Positions 1 through 7,399 of a stretch of 64,000 bases of DNA are shown in pieces (position 1 is the first letter of the stretch; each line of letters begins with the position of its first letter). A model generated the notes under the pieces. It did no database searches. It saw only the letters and a program-made list of their open reading frames with translations, and was not told the origin of the DNA. The stretch comes from Acutalibacteraceae bacterium (GTDB lineage Bacteria > Bacillota > Clostridia > Oscillospirales > Acutalibacteraceae): NCBI GenBank assembly GCA_045617785.1, contig JAZLJH010000024.1, positions 10,936 to 74,935 on the forward strand, read 5' to 3'. Made by a program: the position numbers and the translations under genes.

Positions 1-2
1 CG

Positions 3-1067
3 GGATGTGAGTTTAATGTCAATTCACCCAAGCAGCTCGGTGAAATCCTCTTTTCCGAAAACGGTCTCGGTCTCAAACACGGCAAAAAGACAAAAACGGG
101 TTATTCCACCAATGCCGAAGTACTTGAAAAGCTGAAGGATGAGCATCCCGTAATATCGGAAATACTCGATTACCGCTTCCTCACAAAGCTCAATTCCACA
201 TATTGCGAGGGACTTTTGAAGGTTATAGACAGCGACGGCAGAATACACTCCACCCTTAACCAGACCGAAACGCGCACAGGCAGAATTTCGTCATCCGAGC
301 CGAATTTGCAGAATATACCCGTAAGAACGCCGCGCGGCAGGGAGATGCGCAAATTCTTCAACGCGCGCAAGGACTGCATGCTTGTGGATGCCGACTATTC
401 GCAGATAGAACTGCGCGTGCTTGCGGGGCTTGCAGGCGATGAAAATATGATTGCCGCTTTCAAAAACGGCGACGATATCCACGCCATTACCGCTTCGCAG
501 GTTTTCGGCATACCGCTTGAAGATATTACGCCCGAGGACAGACGCCGCGCCAAAGCGGTGAATTTCGGCATAGTTTACGGCATAGGCGCATTTTCGCTTT
601 CAAACGATGTGGGCTGCTCCAATGCCGAGGCGGACCGCTATATAAAAAGCTACCTTGCCAATTATTCCGGCGTTGCGGCGTACCTTGAAAATGCGAAAAA
701 ATCAGCCAAAGAAAAGGGCTATGCCGAAACATATTACGGCAGAAGACTGTATCTGCCCGAGCTAAATGATGCAAAGGCAAATATCCGTTCATTTGGCGAA
801 CGCGTGGCAATGAATATGCCCATTCAGGGCACGGCGGCGGATATAATAAAAATCGCCATGATACGCGTTTACGAGCGTCTTGCGGCGGAATACCCCGAAG
901 CGCATCTCATAATGCAGATACACGATGAGCTTATAATCGAAACGCCCGAAAAGGATGCCGAGGCGGTTGCCGCTCTGCTCGTGGAGACTATGGAAACCGC
1001 TTGCGATATCAATGTTCCGCTTACGGTCGAAGCGAAATGCGGCAAAACGTGGTACGAAACAAAATGA
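3..1067 (+). CDS. polA: DNA polymerase I, C-terminal polymerase domain (5' end truncated by window edge)
   Basis: The frame is open from the window edge to the TGA at 1065-1067. The translation contains NSPKQLGEILF, DYSQIELRVLA, KAVNFGIVYG and QIHDELI (family A polymerase motifs). The ORF track only shows it from the internal Met at 216. Confidence 0.93.
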   Translation, partial: GCEFNVNSPKQLGEILFSENGLGLKHGKKTKTGYSTNAEVLEKLKDEHPVISEILDYRFLTKLNSTYCEGLLKVIDSDGRIHSTLNQTETRTGRISSSEPNLQNIPVRTPRGREMRKFFNARKDCMLVDADYSQIELRVLAGLAGDENMIAAFKNGDDIHAITASQVFGIPLEDITPEDRRRAKAVNFGIVYGIGAFSLSNDVGCSNAEADRYIKSYLANYSGVAAYLENAKKSAKEKGYAETYYGRRLYLPELNDAKANIRSFGERVAMNMPIQGTAADIIKIAMIRVYERLAAEYPEAHLIMQIHDELIIETPEKDAEAVAALLVETMETACDINVPLTVEAKCGKTWYETK

Positions 1068-1516
1068 TAAATATAATAAAAATGACCGCTTCGCATTGCG
1101 GCGCGGCTGCGGAAATAGAGAAAGAGTGCTTCGCTGAGCCGTGGAGTGAAAATGCTCTGCGCGACGGCATCGCCCGTGCCGATGCACGCTACTTTGCCGC
1201 CGTTGCCGACAGCGGCGAAACAGTCGGCTATATAGGCTCGCACACCGTGCTCGGTGAGGTGAGCATCACGAATATTGCCGTAAAAAAAGAAATGCGCCGC
1301 AGGGGAGCGGCAAATGCTCTGCTCAATGCTCTGCTTGAAGCCTGCATAAAAGCAAACGATGAGTTTGTTACCCTCGAGGTGCGCGTTTCAAACGCGGCGG
1401 CAATAGCACTGTATGAAAAAAACGGCTTTCAAAAAGTCGGAACGCGAAAAAACTTTTACAGCTCGCCCCGCGAGGATGCGCTGTTATATACATATTTTAT
1501 CGGAGATAAGCTATGA
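1064..1516 (+). CDS. rimI: ribosomal-protein-alanine N-acetyltransferase (GNAT family)
   Basis: It has a GNAT core (VTLEVRVSNAAAIALYEKNGF). ATG 1064 overlaps the polA stop (ATGA), and the gene overlaps tsaD by 4 nt. The start could be 1064 or 1082. Confidence 0.8.
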   Translation: MINIIKMTASHCGAAAEIEKECFAEPWSENALRDGIARADARYFAAVADSGETVGYIGSHTVLGEVSITNIAVKKEMRRRGAANALLNALLEACIKANDEFVTLEVRVSNAAAIALYEKNGFQKVGTRKNFYSSPREDALLYTYFIGDKL

Positions 1517-2523
1517 AAATTCTCGGAATAGAAAGCTCCTGCGACGAAACCGCGGCGGCAGTTGTTGAGGACGGCAGAACCGTACTTTCAAATGTTGTTG
1601 CTTCGCAGGTGGAAGAACACAAAATTTACGGCGGCGTTGTGCCGGAAATCGCCTCGCGCCGTCATGTTGAGGCTATATGCGGTGTTGTTGACAAGGCGCT
1701 TGCCGATGCAAACTGCACACTGTCGGATATTGATGCCATAGCCGTAACCTTTGCACCCGGACTTATCGGCGCGCTGCTTGTGGGCGTAAACTACGCCAAA
1801 GGTCTTTCATATTCCACGGGAATACCGCTTGTTCCCGTGCACCATCTGCGCGGTCATATCGCCGCAAACTACGTTACCGATACCTCGCTCAAACCACCGT
1901 TTACGGCGCTTGTGGTGTCGGGCGGTCACAGTCATATAGTTGATGTCAAAAGCTATACCGATTTTGAGATAATCGGCAAAACGCGCGACGATGCCGCGGG
2001 CGAGGCTATGGATAAAGCCGCGCGCACCGTGGGGCTTCCGTACCCCGGCGGCGTTAATCTTGACAGAATTTCGGTAAACGGCGACCCGAATAAATATAAA
2101 TTCCCGAAGCCCAAGGTCACCGGCAGCGAATATGATTTCAGCTTTTCGGGGCTTAAAACCTTTGCCGTCAACCTTGTGCACAATGCCGAGCAGCGCGGTG
2201 AAACCGTAAAGCCCGAGGATTTAGGCGCATCGTACATAAAGGCGGTTACCGATTTACTCGTTTCGCACACCGTCAAAGCGGCTGTCGATACGGGCTCGTC
2301 AAAAATCGTGCTTGCGGGCGGTGTTTCGGCAAATTCCGTATTGCGCCGCGAAATGAAACGCGAGTGTGATAAGCGTGCCATATCGCTGTATATGCCCGAG
2401 CTTAAATATTGCGGTGACAATGCCGTGATGATTGCATCGCAGGGCTACTACGAATTTATAAGCGGCAATACTGCCGACCTGACACTCAATGCAGTTGCAA
2501 GTATGCCCATAACGCTTGAATGA
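1513..2523 (+). CDS. tsaD: tRNA N6-adenosine threonylcarbamoyltransferase
   Basis: MKILGIESSCDETAAAV at the N-terminus, VHHLRGHI metal site and GGVSAN motif identify the Kae1/TsaD family. Confidence 0.93.
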   Translation: MKILGIESSCDETAAAVVEDGRTVLSNVVASQVEEHKIYGGVVPEIASRRHVEAICGVVDKALADANCTLSDIDAIAVTFAPGLIGALLVGVNYAKGLSYSTGIPLVPVHHLRGHIAANYVTDTSLKPPFTALVVSGGHSHIVDVKSYTDFEIIGKTRDDAAGEAMDKAARTVGLPYPGGVNLDRISVNGDPNKYKFPKPKVTGSEYDFSFSGLKTFAVNLVHNAEQRGETVKPEDLGASYIKAVTDLLVSHTVKAAVDTGSSKIVLAGGVSANSVLRREMKRECDKRAISLYMPELKYCGDNAVMIASQGYYEFISGNTADLTLNAVASMPITLE

Positions 2524-2586
2524 AATGTATAATAACAGGGCTGCCGCAAAATGCGACAGCCCTTAATCATTATATATTGTTTCGTT

Positions 2587-4143
2587 TTATTTTTCAGCTT
2601 GCTCTGACGAGTGACGCTTTTCAACAAGCTCTGCAAGTATTCTCTTGTGCTCCGAGTTCGGCAGCGCATATTTCCAGGTGGGTATCGCCGAAAGAATCAT
2701 TCCAATCATCGGGGGAATAGCAACAAGGAAGAACATTGCCGAAGCGTACTGTGAAAAGTCAGCCGAGAAAGATTTTGTGCCTTCGGCGAGTGCCGAGTTA
2801 ACCGCGTTAACATTGTCGCCGCTGAATTTAACAACTGCGAAAACAACGCCCTGAATAATGGTTGCAATACCTGCGGAAAGTTTTGTAATAAAAGACTGAC
2901 CGCTGAAGAATACACCGTCGGGACGGTTGCCGTTATTATATTCCTCATAGTCAACACAGTCCGCTATCATAATGGACTGAAGAACATTCAACCCGCCCAT
3001 TGACCAGGATGCTGCAAAGAAAACCACACCGACAACAACGGTGATCGGAAGTGATGTTTTCATTGCTTCGCCGAATAAGAGGTAGCAAACATATACAAGT
3101 CCGAAAGGAAGCGCGCCAATTACGGAATAGAAGTTATAAAGAGATTTTTTCTCAAATTTTCTCGCAAGGTTGGGGGTAATTGCGGAAGCCGCAAGCATAC
3201 CGCCGAAAATGCCGATACCGAGAATGGCAACCTGAATAATAAGCGTAAAATTGAGTTTGTCATTTACAAACAGAGCCTTACCCGGATCGTTGTCAAAGTA
3301 ATAATACATGACAAGAGTAAGTGCAACTGTTGAAAGCAGCTGAATGGGACTTCTCAGAACGCCGGAAACAAGAAGCTGACGGAAAGGCTTGCAGTTCCAC
3401 ATCGTTTTGAAGTTGTCCTTCATTGATGCTTTTTCTTCCTTTTGCGCCTTAACCTTTTCTTTAACGGAGAATCCGGCAAACTGGAAAAGAATCGAAGCAA
3501 AAACAGTTACTATAACGGCAAGCAAAATGAAAGAATACTGAAGCTGCGTTGCATCATCTTCAACGCCTCTTGCCGCAAAAAACGGTTTGAATGAAGGTGC
3601 AAGGAACTGAACAAGCATACCGACAACACCTGCAGTAGCAACTATTCTTGCAAGTGCAAGTATGGATGAACGGTCTTTTTCATCTTCGGTCATAAGTGAT
3701 GTAACGCCCCAAAGCGGAATATCACCTGCTGTATAAGACATTCCCCACATAACATATGAAACGCCTGCCCATGCTATAATAACGACTTTTTTCCACGTTT
3801 CAAGACTTGCGCTGTACTGACCGTTAATAAAGCAGAGAATGGTAATGACCATTACAATAGCCGGAACAAAAAGAAGATATGGCTTGCATTTGCCCCATTT
3901 TGTATGGGTTTTGTCAACTATTGTACCCATCATCGGGTCATTTATTGCATCCCATACACGGGCAATGGCAACAATTGTCGAGTAAGCCATAGCGGGAAGG
4001 AAAATAACGCTTTGGAAATAATACATAAGACCGCTGCTTATGATGTTGTAAATCATATTCTGACCTGCAAGACCTACGAGGTAACCGGTAAGCTCTTTGC
4101 CGTTGTAGGTTTTAACATTCGGGTCAAGTTTTCTTTTACCCAT
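2587..4143 (-). CDS. glycoside-pentoside-hexuronide (GPH/MelB-type) cation symporter
   Basis: Polytopic hydrophobic protein with the GPH signature WDAINDPMMGTIVDKTHTKWGKCKP. The start is placed at ATG 4143 (MGKRKL), which follows an AGGGGTG RBS, rather than at ORF-track position 4185. Confidence 0.8.
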   Translation of the reverse strand: MGKRKLDPNVKTYNGKELTGYLVGLAGQNMIYNIISSGLMYYFQSVIFLPAMAYSTIVAIARVWDAINDPMMGTIVDKTHTKWGKCKPYLLFVPAIVMVITILCFINGQYSASLETWKKVVIIAWAGVSYVMWGMSYTAGDIPLWGVTSLMTEDEKDRSSILALARIVATAGVVGMLVQFLAPSFKPFFAARGVEDDATQLQYSFILLAVIVTVFASILFQFAGFSVKEKVKAQKEEKASMKDNFKTMWNCKPFRQLLVSGVLRSPIQLLSTVALTLVMYYYFDNDPGKALFVNDKLNFTLIIQVAILGIGIFGGMLAASAITPNLARKFEKKSLYNFYSVIGALPFGLVYVCYLLFGEAMKTSLPITVVVGVVFFAASWSMGGLNVLQSIMIADCVDYEEYNNGNRPDGVFFSGQSFITKLSAGIATIIQGVVFAVVKFSGDNVNAVNSALAEGTKSFSADFSQYASAMFFLVAIPPMIGMILSAIPTWKYALPNSEHKRILAELVEKRHSSEQAEK

Positions 4144-4237
4144 ATAAACACCCCTGTTCATATATTGATGTAATAATAGTATCACAAAAGGGGAGGAATG
4201 TCTACTGTATTTTATTTTTTTATTTTTTCAAAGCCTT

Positions 4238-4401
4238 GTATATCATCCGTTTCGCAAGAAACGGTATATCACCAACACGAAGTGTTGTATATCATCAAGC
4301 CGCAGGAAATACACGCTTGCGCGTGATGAGATACAAGGTCGGCAAAGCCGACCTTGATGATATACACGCCTTACGGCGTGATGATAAGAAAGCTGCGGCT
4401 T
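4238..4401. repeat. unclassified decamer/hairpin array (3 direct and 3 inverted GTATATCATC-type decamers separated by 5 distinct hairpins)
   Basis: Decamers lie at 4238, 4264 and 4287 (direct) and at 4325, 4356 and 4380 (inverted). Hairpins lie at 4247-4264, 4274-4286, 4312-4325, 4335-4355 and 4366-4379. A further pairing AAGCCGCAG (4297-4305) / CTGCGGCTT (4393-4401) is possible. Confidence 0.85.
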
Positions 4402-4405
4402 GGAT

Positions 4406-4440
4406 AAAAAAATTACGAAGCAAAAGCTTCGTAATTTTTT
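4406..4440. terminator. bidirectional rho-independent terminator-like hairpin
   Basis: AAAAAATTACGAAGC-AAAA-GCTTCGTAATTTTTT: a perfect stem flanked by an A-run and a T-run. Confidence 0.6.
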
Positions 4441-4460
4441 GGCGGAGAGCATGGGATTCG
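4440..4460 (-). pseudogene. 21-nt duplicate of the tRNA-Ser 3' end (T-arm 3' half, acceptor and CCA) with no matching 5' half
   Basis: TGGCGGAGAGCATGGGATTCG is identical to 4592-4612. No GGAGAGC partner or cloverleaf can be drawn from the adjacent sequence. Confidence 0.7.
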
Positions 4461-4555
4461 TCGCGCCTGCGGGCTTAGTCGGGCTCGGCTCTGACAGTCC
4501 ACCGGACTGTCATTCACTACCGAGCCTGTTCGAATCCCATGTTGTAGCTGATACC

Positions 4556-4590
4556 AAACAAAAAACCATCCGTAAAGGATGGTTTTTCGT
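4556..4590. terminator. bidirectional rho-independent terminator after tRNA-Ser
   Basis: AAAAACCATCC-GTAAA-GGATGGTTTTT with flanking A/T runs, immediately 3' of the tRNA CCA end on the minus strand. Confidence 0.65.
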
Positions 4591-4591
4591 T

Positions 4592-4683
4592 TGGCGGAGA
4601 GCATGGGATTCGAACCCACGAAACGCTTTTGACGTTTACACGATTTCCAATCGTGCTCCTTCGACCAGCTCGGACAACTCTCC
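4592..4683 (-). tRNA. tRNA-Ser (anticodon GGA), type II with long variable arm, CCA encoded
   Basis: The reverse complement reads GGAGAGTTGTCCGAGCTGGTCGAAGGAGCACGATTGGAAATCGTGTAAACGTCAAAAGCGTTTCGTGGGTTCGAATCCCATGCTCTCCGCCA. It has a 7-bp acceptor stem, the anticodon loop TTGGAAA and the T-loop TTCGAAT. Confidence 0.93.
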
Positions 4684-4736
4684 GTGTAGTCAAATAAATA
4701 CCGCGTATTTAATTGCTGCGCTCAACACGCTCAGTT

Positions 4737-4765
4737 ATTATATCTAATACTTGCCGAAAAATCAA
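4737..4765 (-). promoter_or_regulatory. sigma-A-like promoter for tRNA-Ser
   Basis: On the minus strand: TTGATT, 17 nt, TATAAT, about 50 nt upstream of the tRNA 5' end. Confidence 0.45.
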
Positions 4766-4804
4766 GTGTTATTTTAATTTTATTTTATAAAATCGCTTTT
4801 TGGT

Positions 4805-4833
4805 TTGACTTTGTTTTGAATCGGTGATAAAAT
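4805..4833 (+). promoter_or_regulatory. sigma-A-like promoter for rubrerythrin
   Basis: TTGACT, 17 nt, TAAAAT, with an extended -10 TG. Confidence 0.45.
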
Positions 4834-4883
4834 AAAAGAAAATCAAGCGCAGACAGCGCGTAAAATTTACGGAGGATAATACT

Positions 4884-5423
4884 ATGGCAAACAAATATGC
4901 AGGCACACAGACCGAAAAGAATCTTGAAGCGGCATTCGCAGGCGAATCTCAGGCAAGAAACAAATATACCTATTTCGCTTCCAAGGCTAAAAAGGAAGGC
5001 TTTGAGCAGATCGCCGAGATTTTCCTTAAAACCGCCGATAATGAAAAAGAACATGCAAAAATGTGGTTCAAAGAGCTTGAAGGCATAGGCGATACCGCCG
5101 ACAACCTCAAGGCTGCCGCCGACGGCGAAAACTTTGAATGGACCGATATGTACGAGGGCTTTGCAAAGACTGCCGAGGAAGAGGGCTTCAAGGCTCTTGC
5201 CGCAAAATTCCGTATGGTAGCCGCTATTGAAAAGACCCACGAAGAACGCTATCGCGCACTCCTCAATAATGTTGAGACCGCCGCCGTTTTCGAAAAGAGC
5301 GAGGTCAAGGTTTGGGAATGCCGCAACTGCGGTCATATCATCGTCGGCACAAAGGCTCCGCTTGCCTGCCCCGTATGCGCACATCCGCAGGCATATTTCG
5401 AGCTTCGCTCCGAAAATTATTGA
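4884..5423 (+). CDS. rbr: rubrerythrin
   Basis: It has a di-iron four-helix motif ([14 protein letters not shown], ExxH repeats) and a C-terminal rubredoxin-like CRNCG...CPVC. A GGAGG RBS precedes it. Confidence 0.92.
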   Translation: MANKYAGTQTEKNLEAAFAGESQARNKYTYFASKAKKEGFEQIAEIFLKTADNEKEHAKMWFKELEGIGDTADNLKAAADGENFEWTDMYEGFAKTAEEEGFKALAAKFRMVAAIEKTHEERYRALLNNVETAAVFEKSEVKVWECRNCGHIIVGTKAPLACPVCAHPQAYFELRSENY

Positions 5424-5439
5424 TTTTTTTAATCTTTCA

Positions 5440-5472
5440 GCCGTTCTGTCTAAGGGCAGGGCGGCTTTTTTT
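5440..5472 (+). terminator. rho-independent terminator of rbr
   Basis: GCCGTTCTGTC-TAAG-GGCAGGGCGGC (G-U pairs allowed) followed by TTTTTTT. Confidence 0.65.
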
Positions 5473-5503
5473 ATTACATAATTATTACAATTCCGCTATT
5501 TAT

Positions 5504-5532
5504 TTGACAGTTTAAGAAATTTATAGTATTAT
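5504..5532 (+). promoter_or_regulatory. sigma-A-like promoter
   Basis: TTGACA, 17 nt, TATTAT, upstream of the kinase-like gene. Confidence 0.45.
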
Positions 5533-5587
5533 CTACAAGTATTATTGTGTGATATTGTGTACTTTCAAAGGAAAGCTTGTGTTACCC

Positions 5588-6250
5588 ATGTTTATTGATC
5601 TTGAAGGACTTGACGGATGCGGCAAGACTACGCAGACCGAACTTCTCTGCAAACGCTTTGAAGCCGACTGTATTCCGTACCGCCGCATTAAGCTCCCCGA
5701 TTATGACAGCGAGTCGAGCATTCTCGTAAGAAAATATCTTGCTGGTGATTTCGGCAAAAGCGCGGGCGATGTGAACGCCTATGCCGCTTCCGTGCTGTAT
5801 GCGGCTGACCGTTTCGCATCATATACCGAAAAGTGGAAAGGTGACTACCTCGGCGGCAGGTTGATTTTTGCCGACAGGTACACTCCCGCAAATGCGCTTT
5901 ACCAGATGACGAAGCTCCCGCACGGCGAGTGGGACGGCTTTATGGAATGGCTGTTCGATTTTGAGTATAATAAAATCGGCATTCCCGCTCCGGACAAGGT
6001 GATTTTCCTTGATATGCCGGTTGAGGTTTCGCAAAAGCTTATGACCGCCCGCTACAACGGCGACGAATCTAAAAAGGATGTTCACGAGGCGAATGTTGAA
6101 TTTCTCATAAAATGCCGCGAAGCAGCCCTTTACGCCGCCGGAAAATACGGCTGGTCGGTCGTGAAATGCTCCGAAAACGGCGAGCCGCTTCCCATTGGAG
6201 TAATAAACGATGAAATTTATACAATAGTAAAAAAGACATTGGGTGTTTGA
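5588..6250 (+). CDS. thymidylate kinase family protein (dTMP kinase-like)
   Basis: FIDLEGLDGCGKTTQ P-loop and DRY-like ADRYTPAN motif. The start is placed at ATG 5588. Confidence 0.7.
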   Translation: MFIDLEGLDGCGKTTQTELLCKRFEADCIPYRRIKLPDYDSESSILVRKYLAGDFGKSAGDVNAYAASVLYAADRFASYTEKWKGDYLGGRLIFADRYTPANALYQMTKLPHGEWDGFMEWLFDFEYNKIGIPAPDKVIFLDMPVEVSQKLMTARYNGDESKKDVHEANVEFLIKCREAALYAAGKYGWSVVKCSENGEPLPIGVINDEIYTIVKKTLGV

Positions 6251-6252
6251 TT

Positions 6253-6798
6253 ATGATTTACGTTTTTCTGGCAGACGGCTACGAGCCTGTTGAGGCAATA
6301 GCCCCCATAGATTTTTTCGGCAGAGCCGGTGTTGAATTCAAAACCGTTGCCGTAAACGGCAGGCAGGCAGTCAGCAAGCACGGTGTCGCCGTTACCGCCG
6401 ATATGAATATTGATGAATTACAGCTTGACGGAAGCCTTACGGGCGTTGTGCTGCCCGGCGGTATGCCCGGCACAAATAATCTTTACGCCTGCGAAAAAGT
6501 GTGCGAGGCGGTAAAATTTGCCAACGATAACGGCAAACTCGTGTGCGCAATCTGCGCAGCTCCCTATGTGCTCGGTGAGCTCGGCGTGCTTGCAGGCAAA
6601 AAAGCGACCTGCTACCCCGGTTTTGAAAATCATCTTAAAGGCGCCGTCGTTACCGATGCCGGTGTTGTTACAGACGGTAATGCCATTACCGCGCGCGGTG
6701 CGGGTGTTGCATGGCAGTTCGGTGCCGCAATAGCCGCTGCAGTCGTCGGCAAAGAAAAAGCCGATGAGGTTTTAAGTCAGATACAATGGATAAAATAA
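6253..6798 (+). CDS. DJ-1/PfpI family protein
   Basis: VFLADGYEPVEA at the N-terminus and a nucleophile elbow AICAAP. The start is ATG 6253 (TTG 6247 is also possible). Confidence 0.8.
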   Translation: MIYVFLADGYEPVEAIAPIDFFGRAGVEFKTVAVNGRQAVSKHGVAVTADMNIDELQLDGSLTGVVLPGGMPGTNNLYACEKVCEAVKFANDNGKLVCAICAAPYVLGELGVLAGKKATCYPGFENHLKGAVVTDAGVVTDGNAITARGAGVAWQFGAAIAAAVVGKEKADEVLSQIQWIK

Positions 6799-7382
6799 CG
6801 GATATAAGGCCGCTTAAAAATTCCCTGCGCCTCGAAAGCAGGGAACGCCGCCGTTCAATGGATGCCTTACTCAAAGCATCCTACGATAAAAAAATATGCA
6901 ATAAGCTGCTCAATTTGTGGGCGGTGCGCGAGACTTCAGCGGTGCTTACCTATGTTTCAACCGATATTGAAGTCGATACGCGGGCGTTCATCGAGGCTGT
7001 TCTGGCGCTGAATAAAACAGTTGCGGTGCCGCGCTGCGGCAATGCCCCCGGTGAAATGAGCTTTTATATAATTAAATCATTCAATGACCTTGAAAGCGGC
7101 GCGTTCGGCGTGCTTGAGCCCAAATGCGATTGTCCCGAGTTTACCGAAACGGAAAGCGGCGTGTGCATTGTGCCGGCATTTTCGTTCGATGAGGAGGGCT
7201 ACCGCCTCGGCTACGGCAAAGGTTATTATGACAGATTCCTTTCGCGCTACGGCGGCAAAAAAATAGGCATCTGCTATGACTGCGATGTCTGCGAAAAGCT
7301 GTACCACGGCAGGTTCGACAGAGCAGTTGATATGATTATTACGCCCAAACGGATTTTGACCACAGGCAACAAGGGCGAGTAA
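6786..7382 (+). CDS. 5-formyltetrahydrofolate cyclo-ligase
   Basis: GYRLGYGKGYYDRFL motif, and it overlaps the preceding gene. Confidence 0.85.
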   Translation: MDKITDIRPLKNSLRLESRERRRSMDALLKASYDKKICNKLLNLWAVRETSAVLTYVSTDIEVDTRAFIEAVLALNKTVAVPRCGNAPGEMSFYIIKSFNDLESGAFGVLEPKCDCPEFTETESGVCIVPAFSFDEEGYRLGYGKGYYDRFLSRYGGKKIGICYDCDVCEKLYHGRFDRAVDMIITPKRILTTGNKGE

Positions 7383-7399
7383 ATACAAGGAGATTCAAT

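Noticed and set aside
1001-1063. The upstream extension of rimI given in the ORF track (start 1001).
   Set aside because: It lies inside the 3' end of polA in another frame. ATG 1064 overlaps the polA stop and gives a normal GNAT N-terminus.
4238-4401. CRISPR array or T-box/riboswitch interpretation of the decamer/hairpin array.
   Set aside because: The repeats are only ~10 nt and change orientation halfway. The 'spacers' are 13-21 nt palindromes. There are no cas genes. I also found no T-box consensus, specifier architecture or recognisable riboswitch core.
4441-4555. A second complete tRNA (Ser or Sec) next to tRNA-Ser.
   Set aside because: Only the last 21 nt match a tRNA. There is no complementary 5' acceptor strand, D-arm or anticodon arm of canonical geometry on either strand.
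4236-4747. Plus-strand ORFs 4236-4478 and 4400-4747, and minus-strand ORFs 4243-4452 and 4413-4619, in the track.
   Set aside because: They run through terminator hairpins, the decamer/hairpin array and the tRNA-Ser gene. They have no RBS, and their translations are repeat-driven.
4740-4883. PerR/Fur-type operator upstream of rubrerythrin.
   Set aside because: The region is AT-rich (TTATTTTAATTTTATTTTATAAAA), but I could not find a convincing TTATAATnATTATAA-type palindrome. Any match would be indistinguishable from background AT-richness.
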